The notes beneath the pieces were generated by a model. The model ran no database searches, had not been told where the DNA came from, and was given only the letters and a program-made list of their open reading frames with translations. A DNA stretch of 64,000 bases, from contig JAJPIG010000006.1 of the NCBI GenBank assembly GCA_021324855.1, positions 32,344 through 96,343 of the forward strand. The letters are read 5' to 3'. Positions within the stretch are counted from its first letter, which is position 1; each line of letters opens with the position of its first letter. Of this stretch, positions 19,023 through 27,938 are shown one piece after another. This stretch comes from Pseudomonadota bacterium. Lineage in GTDB: Bacteria > Desulfobacterota > Binatia > Binatales > Binataceae. The position numbers were made by a program, and so were the translations under genes.

Positions 19023-20258
19023 TCAGTGCGCCGCTGATTCGGCAGGCATCGGGCGGAGCAGAATCCGGTCGGCGTAGAGTTGCGCGATTTCGGCGTCCGA
19101 AAGGCCGAGCACTTCGCGCATCACGCGCTCGTTGTCCTCGCCGACGCGCGGCGCGCGCAAATCGCTGCGCTGCTCCCATCCGGAGAACTTCACCGGCATC
19201 CCGGGCAGATCGAACTCGCCGATCGCCCGGTCGCGGGTGCGGCGCACGGTCTGGCGCTCGCGCAGATGCGGATGCGCCATGGCTTCCTCGAGCTTCAGCA
19301 CCGGCGCGCACGGCACGCGCTCGGCTTCGAGTGCGGCGAGCGCCGCGGCGCGATCGGTAAATCGGTCGAGCCATTCCTGAATGATCGCCCGAATTGCCGC
19401 ATTGTTCCTCATCCGATCGCGATTCGTCGCGAAGCGCGGATCATCCTTCGCGGCCGGATCGCCCATCGCGCGCCACAAACGCGGCATCTCGTGCTGTTGC
19501 ACGATCAGGAAAATGTAGCCATCGCCGGCCTTGAAGACTCCGCACGGGCTCATGTTGGGATGAAGCGAGCCGGTGCGCTTGGGCTTGTAGCGGCCGGGCC
19601 GCAGCGCCAGCACTGGTACGCTGATTTCGTGCATGTGGAAATAGGTGTCGAGAATCGACGCGTCGATGTACTGACCTTCGCCGGTGCGCTCGCGATTGAG
19701 GAATGCGAACCCGATCGCCATCGCGGCGGCAACTCCCGTCGAGATGTCGCCGATGGCCATGGCGGGAACGACCGGCGGCAGATCGGGCTCGCCGATGAGC
19801 TCTGTAACACCCGCGTATGCCTGGCCGACATAGTCGTAGCCCGGGATGCGGCTTAGCGGTCCGGTCTGACCGGCGGCGGAAATCGAGCACATGATCAGTT
19901 GCGGGTTGAGCTTCCTCAGCATCTCGTAGCCGAAGCCCATCCCCGCGATCACGCCCGGCGCGAAGTTCTCCACCACGGCGTCGATCTTCGGGATCATCCG
20001 ATAGATCAGCTCGCGCCCGCGTTCGTTGCGCAAATCGACCGCGATGCCGAGCTTGCTGTGATTGTGCTGAAAATAGTAGGTGCTCATGCCGTCCGCGATG
20101 ACGCCGAAATTCCGCGTATGCTCGCCTTCGGCGCTGCGTTCGACCTTGATTACCTCGGCGCCCATCTCAGCCAGGATTCGCGCACAGGTCGGTCCCGCGA
20201 CGAAATGGCTGAAATCTAGCACTCGATAACCCTGAAGCATCCTCGGCGCGCTTGCCAA
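19023..20258 (-). CDS. CaiB/BaiF family III CoA-transferase
   Basis: RVLDFSHFVAGP, GAEVIKVE, VENFAPG and GYD motifs; catalytic Asp in IGDIS. Confidence 0.92.
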   Translation of the reverse strand: MASAPRMLQGYRVLDFSHFVAGPTCARILAEMGAEVIKVERSAEGEHTRNFGVIADGMSTYYFQHNHSKLGIAVDLRNERGRELIYRMIPKIDAVVENFAPGVIAGMGFGYEMLRKLNPQLIMCSISAAGQTGPLSRIPGYDYVGQAYAGVTELIGEPDLPPVVPAMAIGDISTGVAAAMAIGFAFLNRERTGEGQYIDASILDTYFHMHEISVPVLALRPGRYKPKRTGSLHPNMSPCGVFKAGDGYIFLIVQQHEMPRLWRAMGDPAAKDDPRFATNRDRMRNNAAIRAIIQEWLDRFTDRAAALAALEAERVPCAPVLKLEEAMAHPHLRERQTVRRTRDRAIGEFDLPGMPVKFSGWEQRSDLRAPRVGEDNERVMREVLGLSDAEIAQLYADRILLRPMPAESAAH

Positions 20259-20291
20259 GCTAAGTCCTCCTGATTCCCCGCGTTCGATTGG

Positions 20292-20795
20292 TCACTGACG
20301 CGGACTGCGGCGGCAATCGCTGCATCGGCCATAAAGTTCGAGCCGATGACGCGTCAGTTCGGCGCCGAGCTCACGCGCCACCGCCTGCTGGATTCGCTCC
20401 AGGCCCTCGTTCTCGAACTCGATGATCTTGCCGCAGGATTCGCAGATGAAGTGATCGTGATGGTGCTTGCCGGCGGCCTCGTAGCGCGCCTGGTCTTCGG
20501 CGAAATGGCGCTCGGAGGCCATGTCGCATTCGGTCAGCAGGCGAAGCGTGCGGTAGATAGTCGCATAGCCGACGTGGGGGTTGATCTTTCGCACCTCGGC
20601 GTAAAGCTCCTCGGCGCTGATATGCCTGCCGAGTTCGAAAAAAACCCGTACGATGTCGTCGCGCTGGCCGGTGGATTTGAGCCCCCGCTGCTTCAGACGA
20701 TCGTGGAACGTCTGCAGCCGCTGTTCGGTAGCGTTGCCAGTCCGACCCTCGGCGCTGGTGCGTCCCGGCCCCACGCTGTGCTCGAGGCGCGTCAT
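20292..20795 (-). CDS. fur: Fur family transcriptional regulator
   Basis: HISAEEL, ATIYRTL and HHHDHFICESCG motifs; C-terminal CSDC. Confidence 0.9.
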   Translation of the reverse strand: MTRLEHSVGPGRTSAEGRTGNATEQRLQTFHDRLKQRGLKSTGQRDDIVRVFFELGRHISAEELYAEVRKINPHVGYATIYRTLRLLTECDMASERHFAEDQARYEAAGKHHHDHFICESCGKIIEFENEGLERIQQAVARELGAELTRHRLELYGRCSDCRRSPRQ

Positions 20796-20804
20796 AAATC
20801 GGGT

Positions 20805-21098
20805 CTAGCTCTGCTCCGGTCCGGCCTGCAGGAGGCGGCGCGCGGCCGGCGACAGATAGAGCGACTCGAGCTCGCGATCGCGCAGCGCTTCGGCGAGGAT
20901 TTCGAGTTGATCGGCCGGCGGCTGGTCACGGTCTATGATCAGCAGGTCCTTTTCGTGCAGCCGGCAGGCGCCGCCGCGGGCGCGGTAGCCGACCTCGCGC
21001 AGAATCTTCTCGCGCCGCACTTCGAGGCCACATCGGTTGGCCGCCTCGATCAGTTCGTCAACCAGCCGATGGAGACCGCGTGTTCCCTGCTCGCTCAC
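20805..21098 (-). CDS. Conserved-looking hypothetical protein upstream of fur
   Basis: 97-aa ORF filling the gap, 9 nt from the fur start; GGACRL motif. Confidence 0.7.
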   Translation of the reverse strand: MSEQGTRGLHRLVDELIEAANRCGLEVRREKILREVGYRARGGACRLHEKDLLIIDRDQPPADQLEILAEALRDRELESLYLSPAARRLLQAGPEQS

Positions 21099-21166
21099 CC
21101 CTGGATGCCCTCTGTCATTTCGGTTCCGCCCATGATATCGCGATTTTGGGGACGGGATTCAAACCG

Positions 21167-22003
21167 GTGATCAGGACGATACTGGTCGGAATCGACACCT
21201 CCGCGCATTCGCGCAACGCGCAGGCCCTCGCCTTCAATCTGGCGCGGCGGTTCAAGGCGACGCTGCACGGTTTGCATGTGGTCGATATCGTCTCGATCGA
21301 AGGGTCGTTTTTTCATGATATCTCAGGTTCCCTCGGACTTGAACCATACCTCGACTTTTCCTCTAAAATGCGCGAGGTGCTTACCGAGCGGGGCCGGGCC
21401 GTGCTCGATGAGTTCCGCGCCGCGGCCGAGCGCGAAAATCTCACCGCCGAGACCATCCTGGACATCGGGATCGTCGCGAACCAAATATGCGAACGAGCCA
21501 AGATCGCCGACCTCGTGATGATCGGACATCACGGCGTGAATGAACGGTTTTCGACCGGATTACTAGGGTCGACGGCCGAGAGCGTCGCGCGCAAGTCTCC
21601 GCGTCCGGTGATCATCTCGCCTCGGGAAGCGCGCGAGATTCGGCAACTGGCGCTTGCCTACGACGGCAGCGAGCGGGCGGCGCGCGCGATGCGGGCGGCG
21701 GCGGAGTTCAGCGTCGAGATCGGCGCGCCGCTCGCGGTTGCGACCGTCGCCCGCGACCCAAAGCTGGGCGAGCGCGTCCTCGGCGAAGCGCGGGCCTATC
21801 TCGACGGCTACGGCGCCAAAACCAGCTTTGAGTTGCTAGCCGGTCATGCGCACGAGGAAATCATCGCTTTCCTGAAACGCATCGAGGCCGACCTCCTCTT
21901 CATCGGCGCCTACGGGCATCGACGGATCATCGAGATGGTGCTCGGCTCGACCACCGAATACGTGCTGCGCAATTCGTTGTGCCCGGTTTTCCTTTCGCGC
22001 TAA
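21167..22003 (+). CDS. Tandem universal stress protein
   Basis: Two USP domains: ILVGIDTS...LLGSTAESV and LAYDGS...GAYGH...LGSTTEYV. Confidence 0.92.
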   Translation: MIRTILVGIDTSAHSRNAQALAFNLARRFKATLHGLHVVDIVSIEGSFFHDISGSLGLEPYLDFSSKMREVLTERGRAVLDEFRAAAERENLTAETILDIGIVANQICERAKIADLVMIGHHGVNERFSTGLLGSTAESVARKSPRPVIISPREAREIRQLALAYDGSERAARAMRAAAEFSVEIGAPLAVATVARDPKLGERVLGEARAYLDGYGAKTSFELLAGHAHEEIIAFLKRIEADLLFIGAYGHRRIIEMVLGSTTEYVLRNSLCPVFLSR

Positions 22004-22101
22004 ACGCGCGCTCCCTTAACGCGAGTCAATTACTACTTGCTGTGGCTGGAAATAGTCATTGCTTTAGAGAGTTCAACTAACTTTGCCGTTCACGTCGCGT
22101 A

Positions 22102-22117
22102 TGGCATGCAAGTTGCG
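22102..22117 (+). promoter_or_regulatory. Putative sigma54 (-24/-12) promoter
   Basis: TGGCAT-GCAAG-TTGC with exact GG-N10-GC spacing in an AT-rich intergenic region. Confidence 0.55.
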
Positions 22118-22390
22118 GTTTTAAAGAATTGCGCGTGACGAATCAAAGAAAACCTGCGAGGCGGCGCGAAGCCTGATTAGAACTATGTAAAAGTTGCGTA
22201 TCTTGCCACGCTTGTTTCGAAGCTTCCACACACGGATGCTTGGGGTTTTCGCCGCATCGGCTGGAGCGTGCGCTGTTGGGTGTCCGCAGGCTATTCGGAA
22301 TCTGCAGCCTTAGTATCTCCAAACTTCAAATCTCTCCGCCCTATGAGGTCGCGCAGCGCAACTGGTTCTTGATTCAGAGGATGCTCGCCG

Positions 22391-22588
22391 ATGCTCCAAC
22401 TCGATCGGCTCCGGCTCCGCCTGCCTGCCTGGCCTCAACGCCCTGGAATGCGACCCGGGTTGCTGACGATTACATTTCTTATGGGTCTGCTGATCGGAGC
22501 AGCGCTCGTCGCGTTTTGTATCCCGCCGCCGGTGACCGTTTATCATCCGGTGATGGTTACGCCATGCGAGCCAGCCCGTTCTTTGTGA
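22391..22588 (+). CDS. Small single-TM hypothetical protein
   Basis: 65 aa with hydrophobic stretch LLTITFLMGLLIGAALVAFC; AGAGG upstream. Confidence 0.4.
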   Translation: MLQLDRLRLRLPAWPQRPGMRPGLLTITFLMGLLIGAALVAFCIPPPVTVYHPVMVTPCEPARSL

Positions 22589-22641
22589 CGCGAGCTGAAA
22601 AGCGCTTACATCGGGAGCGCCCGCGATCTAATCTCGCGGAC

Positions 22642-23166
22642 ATGAATCGAAATCGCCGCCCCGTCCTGAAACTGGGCGTGGTCGATCTTGGGGTCGAAAG
22701 CGCTTCGTTGCCCAACGGCCTGACGCTGGAGATGGCCGTAATACGGCATCCCGGTGCAGCCGCGATCGTCGCTATCGACGAAAACGGCCGGGTCGCGATG
22801 CTCCGGCAATGGCGTCATGCGATCGGCGATTACCTGTGGGAGATTCCGGCCGGGACCAGGCACGCGGACGAGGATGCTCGCGCGTGCGCGGAGCGCGAGC
22901 TTCGCGAAGAGGCGGGCTTGGATGCATCCGAATGGCGGCGGATGGGCGCGATTGTCACCATTCCAAGCTTCTGCGACGAGCGTATCGAGATCTTCCTCGC
23001 GCGCGGACTGAGCATCAGCGCACAGCGCCACGATCCCGATGAGGTGATTAGCGTTGTACGACTTCCGTTCGGTGAAACGCTAGAAATGATCCACGACGGC
23101 CGGATCGTCGACGCCAAGACGATTATCGGTTTGTACCGCGCGCAGACCTTCCTGCAGCTCTCATAG
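22642..23166 (+). CDS. NUDIX hydrolase (ADP-ribose pyrophosphatase-like)
   Basis: HPGAAAI; Nudix box WEIPAG...AERELREEAGL; IVDAKT. Confidence 0.9.
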   Translation: MNRNRRPVLKLGVVDLGVESASLPNGLTLEMAVIRHPGAAAIVAIDENGRVAMLRQWRHAIGDYLWEIPAGTRHADEDARACAERELREEAGLDASEWRRMGAIVTIPSFCDERIEIFLARGLSISAQRHDPDEVISVVRLPFGETLEMIHDGRIVDAKTIIGLYRAQTFLQLS

Positions 23167-23228
23167 AGCTGTAGCTGGAGAGCGGCGGCGATGCCCAAAT
23201 CGCGTGCATCTGCACGCGATCGAGGACG

Positions 23229-23435
23229 TTATTCGATCGCGATTTCGTTCGGGAACAAAAAGGTCGTGGCGCGATCCTCGAACTCAACCAAGTACATCCG
23301 GCGGCCGAGATTGATCAGCTCGCGCACGATTCGCGGATGTTCCGCGAAGCGCGTGCGGCCCTGATGGTCACGTACCGGCTTCAAAAGCCTGCATTGTCGC
23401 CCAACTACCGACTCTAAGTTTGCATCTGAAATCAT
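23229..23435 (-). CDS. Small hypothetical protein (68 aa)
   Basis: ATG with GAGGGG RBS and an upstream extended -10 promoter; no competing gene at this position. Confidence 0.65.
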   Translation of the reverse strand: MISDANLESVVGRQCRLLKPVRDHQGRTRFAEHPRIVRELINLGRRMYLVEFEDRATTFLFPNEIAIE

Positions 23436-23489
23436 TTCTGCGCCCCCTCAACCAGGTATATCTCTGGTTCCGACCCCACCCGGTAGAGG

Positions 23490-23498
23490 ATTATAGCA
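23490..23498 (-). promoter_or_regulatory. Extended -10 promoter
   Basis: TGCTATAAT on the minus strand, about 55 nt upstream of ATG 23435. Confidence 0.55.
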
Positions 23499-23741
23499 AT
23501 TTTCGGTCCTGAAATTTAGACGGTTGTTCGTGCACGGATGTTCATCTGTCCACTGACGATTTTTTTCTCAGCCAACAAACAGATCTTTCTCGTATGCGAA
23601 TTTCGATGCTCACAAAATCGCCAAAGTTCATCGCCGTGCCTGACATCAGGGCGGCAGTTCCCAGTCGCAGACGGTCAACGCCAGGGGCTCATTTGCGACA
23701 TCGGATGATTAGGCTAGGATGCGATTTTCCGGAGAAACGAC

Positions 23742-25517
23742 GTGATAAAAACCCTCATTCCCCAGATAACCGGCCATCGGGCGATGATCGCGACCGAGCA
23801 TGACCTTTCGGCCGCTGCCGGCATGCGCATCTTCAATCGCGGCGGCAACGCGATCGATGCGGCGGTCGCTGCGACCTTCGTCGAAGGTATCGTCAATCCG
23901 CACATGTTTACGATCGGCGGCGAGACGCCGATGCTCGTCTACGCCGAGAAGGCCGGAAGGGTAGTGGCCGTCAACGGCAATATGCAGGCGCCCGCGCGCG
24001 CCACGATCGCAGCGTACCGCGAGCGCGGCCTCGACGCGATCCCCGATCAGGGTCTGCTGGCAGCAGGCGTTCCCGCCGCGTTCGATGCTCTCGTCTCAGT
24101 GCTTTCGCATTTCGGCACGATGCGCCTTGCCGAGGTGGCTGAGCCGGCGCTGGAGTTATGCGAGGCGGGCTTCCCGCTGCATCCGGGACTCATCGGCTAC
24201 GATGCGGCGCAGGTGAAAGGCGGACCGGCCGTCAACTCTCATATCGGGCCGCTTTGTATGAACGCCGAGCGATTTCTCAGCGAATGGCCCACCAGTGCGG
24301 CGCTATGGCTGCCCGATCGGAAGATTGGCGCGGCCGGCACGCTGATCAAAAATCCCGCGATGGCGAACTTTTTCCGGCGTTTGTTTGATGCCGAGAGCAG
24401 CGCGAGCGGGCGCGGGCGCGAAGCGGCGCTCGCCGCCGCGCGCGATCGCTTTTATCGCGGCGACATCGCGCGTGAGATCGGCGCATGGTCCGAGCGTCAC
24501 GATGGTTTGCTGCGCGCCGATGATCTAGCTGAATTCGCCACCCGTTTCGAGGAACCGGTGAGCGTCAGATATCGCGGCTATACCGTCTACAAATGCGGAC
24601 CGTGGTGCCAGGGGCCCGCTTTTCTGCAGCATCTGCGCCTGCTCGAAGGCGTTGATCTGCGAGCGATGGCCCACAACTCCGCAGAGTATATTCATCTTGT
24701 TACGGAGACCTCGAAGCTGGCATTTGCGGATCGCGAGGCCTATTACGGCGATCCCGAATTCACGAAGGTGCCGATGAAGGAATTGCTCGCCCCGGCATAT
24801 GCCGCGATGCGGCGCGGCCTCGTCGATCCGCGGCGTGCCTCGCTCGAGTTGCGCCCCGGCGATCCGATTGCGATGCGGCCGCTCGGCTCATTACCGCCCG
24901 GGATGCGTCCGTGGGGAGCGGGAACGGTGCACGTCGATGCCGCCGATCGCGACGGCAATCTGATCGCGATCACCGCGAGTGGCGGATGGCTCCAAAGCTC
25001 GCCTGTGGTTGACACGCTCGGCTTTCCGCTCGGCTCGCGGATGCAGACCTTCTATCTCGACGAGCGGCATCCGAACGCCTTGATGCCGCGCAAGCGGCCG
25101 CGCACAACGCTCACGCCCTCGATCGCGGCGCGCGACGGCGCGCCGTTCATCGCGTTCGGCACGATGGGCGGTGATCAACAGGATCAATGGACGCTGCAGT
25201 TCTTTCTCAACCTGGCAGACTTCGGGATGGAGATTCAGGAGGCGATCGAAGCGCCCAAGTTCTCGTCGCGCCATTTTCCGTCGACCTTCGCCCCGCACGA
25301 CGCCGCTCCCGGCGTGTTGAAAATTGAGGAGCGCATCGATTCACAGGTGCGCGCCGAACTCGCCTCGCGCGGTCATCGCGTCGAGGTTGGCCCTGCCTAC
25401 AGCGAAGGCTACTTGGTGGCTGCCGCGATCGATCGCGAGCGCGGCGTGCTGGTTGGCGGCGCCGATCCGCGTGGCCATCTGACCGGTATCTTTCCGGCCC
25501 GCGCGATCGGCTGGTGA
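23742..25517 (+). CDS. ggt: Gamma-glutamyltransferase family protein
   Basis: GGNAIDAAVA, KLAFADR, Ntn Thr in GTVH, KRPRTTLTP, GTMGGDQQ and GGADPR motifs. Confidence 0.9.
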   Translation: MIKTLIPQITGHRAMIATEHDLSAAAGMRIFNRGGNAIDAAVAATFVEGIVNPHMFTIGGETPMLVYAEKAGRVVAVNGNMQAPARATIAAYRERGLDAIPDQGLLAAGVPAAFDALVSVLSHFGTMRLAEVAEPALELCEAGFPLHPGLIGYDAAQVKGGPAVNSHIGPLCMNAERFLSEWPTSAALWLPDRKIGAAGTLIKNPAMANFFRRLFDAESSASGRGREAALAAARDRFYRGDIAREIGAWSERHDGLLRADDLAEFATRFEEPVSVRYRGYTVYKCGPWCQGPAFLQHLRLLEGVDLRAMAHNSAEYIHLVTETSKLAFADREAYYGDPEFTKVPMKELLAPAYAAMRRGLVDPRRASLELRPGDPIAMRPLGSLPPGMRPWGAGTVHVDAADRDGNLIAITASGGWLQSSPVVDTLGFPLGSRMQTFYLDERHPNALMPRKRPRTTLTPSIAARDGAPFIAFGTMGGDQQDQWTLQFFLNLADFGMEIQEAIEAPKFSSRHFPSTFAPHDAAPGVLKIEERIDSQVRAELASRGHRVEVGPAYSEGYLVAAAIDRERGVLVGGADPRGHLTGIFPARAIGW

Positions 25518-25678
25518 ACCAGCCTGGCTTCATTGGTATCATACTGATCTGACCAGTTAGTGGTTGTGGTGCATGGTTGGCGTCAAAGACGCACGAAATC
25601 GGGTTATTTGATCGTCAAATTAACCGCCAGTCGTACGGTAGATAAAGAAGATTCCGGGAGTTCTGGCGGATTTGTAAA

Positions 25679-25694
25679 CGGCACAGACCGTGCT
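25679..25694 (+). promoter_or_regulatory. Putative sigma54 promoter of the lipoprotein cluster
   Basis: CGGCAC-AGACC-GTGCT with exact GG-N10-GC spacing, just upstream of the AGGAGG RBS. Confidence 0.4.
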
Positions 25695-25717
25695 CGCGTC
25701 CAAGGAGGTGTGGTGAA

Positions 25718-26065
25718 ATGAAGGGGAGGACGATCTTGGTTGGCGTGCTCGCGATGGTCGCTGTCGTGAGTGGTGTTGGATGCTCCGGACAGCCGCTTAG
25801 CACGCGTGAAAAAGGCACGCTCGTCGGCGGCGGCGTAGGGGCGGCGACCGGCGCAATTATCGGTGCTGCGGTCGGCGCGCCGGGAATCGGAGCGGCGATC
25901 GGAGGTGGTATCGGCGCCGTGGGGGGCGCGGTAGTGGGTAATGCATTGCAGAACCAGGAGGTTCAGAGTCAGCAGACCCAGTCGCAGATTCAGCAACAGC
26001 AGCAACAGATAGAACAGCAGCGGCAGCAAATACAGCAGCTCAAGAGTCAACAGGAAACTCAGTAA
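25718..26065 (+). CDS. Glycine-zipper lipoprotein with Gln-rich tail, copy 1
   Basis: Lipobox GVGC, CSGQPLSTREKGT, GxxxG repeats, poly-Q tail; AGGAGG RBS. Confidence 0.85.
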   Translation: MKGRTILVGVLAMVAVVSGVGCSGQPLSTREKGTLVGGGVGAATGAIIGAAVGAPGIGAAIGGGIGAVGGAVVGNALQNQEVQSQQTQSQIQQQQQQIEQQRQQIQQLKSQQETQ

Positions 26066-26086
26066 CATCGAACCAAGGGGATTGTT

Positions 26087-26437
26087 ATGCGTAGTATCAG
26101 ATTCGCCACTATTATCGGCCTGTGGCTCGCAGCCCTGATGACGCTCGCGGCCTGCTCAGGCCAGCCGCTCAGCACTCGCGAAAAAGGCACTCTCGGCGGC
26201 GGTCTAATCGGTGCGGGTGGTGGTGCGATCATCGGCGCGGCCGTGGGTCATCCGGCCGCCGGAGCTGCGATTGGCGGAGCGCTGGGAGCCGGCACAGGAT
26301 ACGTGGTAGGCAACGCGATGCAGAACAACGAAGCCCAGCAGCAGCAGACTCAGCAGGCGGTCGAGCGGCAACAACAGCAGCTTGAGCAACAGCGTCAGCA
26401 GATCGAACAGCTTCAACAGCAGCAAGAGACAGAGTAA
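26087..26437 (+). CDS. Glycine-zipper lipoprotein with Gln-rich tail, copy 2
   Basis: Lipobox LAAC; same architecture as copy 1. Confidence 0.85.
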   Translation: MRSIRFATIIGLWLAALMTLAACSGQPLSTREKGTLGGGLIGAGGGAIIGAAVGHPAAGAAIGGALGAGTGYVVGNAMQNNEAQQQQTQQAVERQQQQLEQQRQQIEQLQQQQETE

Positions 26438-26672
26438 GTCAGCGCTGCCCTTTCCAGAACTTCGCAACAGCATCATCGATAGCAGGCTCCCCCGTTCGTC
26501 TCTGACTGATCCTTGGGGGCTTGCACTTATGGTGCGGTTAGCGGCAGGATTTTCCGGCGTGCCGTGGTTTGCGGTTTGGTCGTGGTCGCGGCGCGCAACG
26601 ACTGATCTACGCTCGTTCATCGATCACTGGTAGGCTGATTGGCGAAACGGCAGCCAGGAAGGGGCTTTTGAG

Positions 26673-27038
26673 ATGGGAAATATCGCTACCGTGAACAAAA
26701 CCAGAATTGCCTGCACTGCTCTCGCAATCGCAGCGCTTCTGATCGTGGCCGGATGCTCGGGGCAACCCCTGAGTACCCGTGAGAAGGGCACCTTTGTAGG
26801 CGGCGGTCTCGGCGCTGCTACCGGCGCCATCATCGGCGCGGCAGTGGGCGCGCCTGGAGCCGGCGCGGCGATAGGCGGCGCGCTCGGCGCCGGCAGTGGC
26901 TTCCTAATCGGCAACGAGATGCAGAACCAGGAAGTCCAGCAGCAGCAGACCCAGAGTCAGATCCAGCAACAGCAGCAGCAGATTCAGCAGCAGCAGCGCG
27001 AAATCGAGCAACTCAAGCAGCAGAACGAGACCGAGTAG
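26673..27038 (+). CDS. Glycine-zipper lipoprotein with Gln-rich tail, copy 3
   Basis: Lipobox VAGC; same architecture as copy 1. Confidence 0.85.
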   Translation: MGNIATVNKTRIACTALAIAALLIVAGCSGQPLSTREKGTFVGGGLGAATGAIIGAAVGAPGAGAAIGGALGAGSGFLIGNEMQNQEVQQQQTQSQIQQQQQQIQQQQREIEQLKQQNETE

Positions 27039-27060
27039 CTCGCGGTCGCTTATCGACGTC

Positions 27061-27087
27061 GGGAGCACGCCGTCTCGGCGTGCTCCC
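27061..27087. terminator. Hairpin between convergent genes, probable terminator
   Basis: Perfect 12-bp stem GGGAGCACGCCG-tct-CGGCGTGCTCCC; no adjacent U-tract. Confidence 0.6.
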
Positions 27088-27128
27088 CAGGCTTCATCGC
27101 TTTACTCCGCTGATTTTTTATTCCCGCC

Positions 27129-27938
27129 CTAACCGGGCCGACACTGCCGGCAAGCGCGCAGACCGGCGCGCCGCGCGCCTTGAGGATCGGCGAAGATCAC
27201 CATCCGCGACGGATTAGCCCGTCGCGCCGAGCTGCATGACGGCCGGCAAAAGATGTGCGTGCGTTGATGGCCGAGCACCGCATCGGCGGTCACCCGGCGG
27301 TCCGCGCCGATCCGAAACCCCTCCGCCCGCAGCAATGCCAGTTTCGAATTCACGCCGCCGCCGTAGTTCCCGACCGATCCGTCCGAACGAATCACGCGAT
27401 GACACGGCACGTAGACCGGAATCGGATTCGACGCCATCGTGTTGCCGACCGCGCGCGAGCCACGCGGCGCGCCGACCGCGGCCGCCAGCGCCTGATATGA
27501 CATTACGGCGCCCGCCGGTACCTTGCGCAAGCGTTCGATCACGCGGCGCTGGAACGGGCTTACCACCAGGCTCAGATCGATCGGCGTGACCAGTGCATTC
27601 AAATCGCCCTCGACGAAGCGCCGAATCTCGCCGCTGACCCTTGCCGCCACGTCCTGATCTTCGATTAGATCGAACTTACGACGGCGCAAAGTCGCGAGTG
27701 CATTATCGACGCTCGCACCCGGCGTATCGAGGAAATAGATCATCACGATACCCGCATCGCTCATCGCGACCATCAGGTTGCCGAGCGGCGAGGCCGCCGT
27801 GCCGACCCGCACCCACGGCCGCCGGATTCTCGTCAGCCGCGGCGCCATTTGACGATGCGCCGCCTCGAGCAACTGATCGATTTCACGCTCTTCCGCGTCG
27901 GTGCCGGGTTGAGCCATCAAGTACTTCTCCGTCTTCAT
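27129..27938 (-). CDS. ogt: Methylated-DNA-protein-cysteine methyltransferase with C-terminal Ada metal-binding domain
   Basis: RAVG...NPIPVYVPCHRV active site; C-terminal IFCRPSC...RACRQC. Confidence 0.9.
   Translation of the reverse strand: MKTEKYLMAQPGTDAEEREIDQLLEAAHRQMAPRLTRIRRPWVRVGTAASPLGNLMVAMSDAGIVMIYFLDTPGASVDNALATLRRRKFDLIEDQDVAARVSGEIRRFVEGDLNALVTPIDLSLVVSPFQRRVIERLRKVPAGAVMSYQALAAAVGAPRGSRAVGNTMASNPIPVYVPCHRVIRSDGSVGNYGGGVNSKLALLRAEGFRIGADRRVTADAVLGHQRTHIFCRPSCSSARRANPSRMVIFADPQGARRAGLRACRQCRPG

Noticed and set aside
22240-22641. N-terminal extension of the NUDIX ORF
   Set aside because: No domain-like features; the NUDIX-like sequence begins at ATG 22642
25960-27038. CAG-rich repeats as a CRISPR array or microsatellite
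   Set aside because: They are imperfect CAG/CAA codons for Gln tails; no repeat-spacer periodicity and no cas genes
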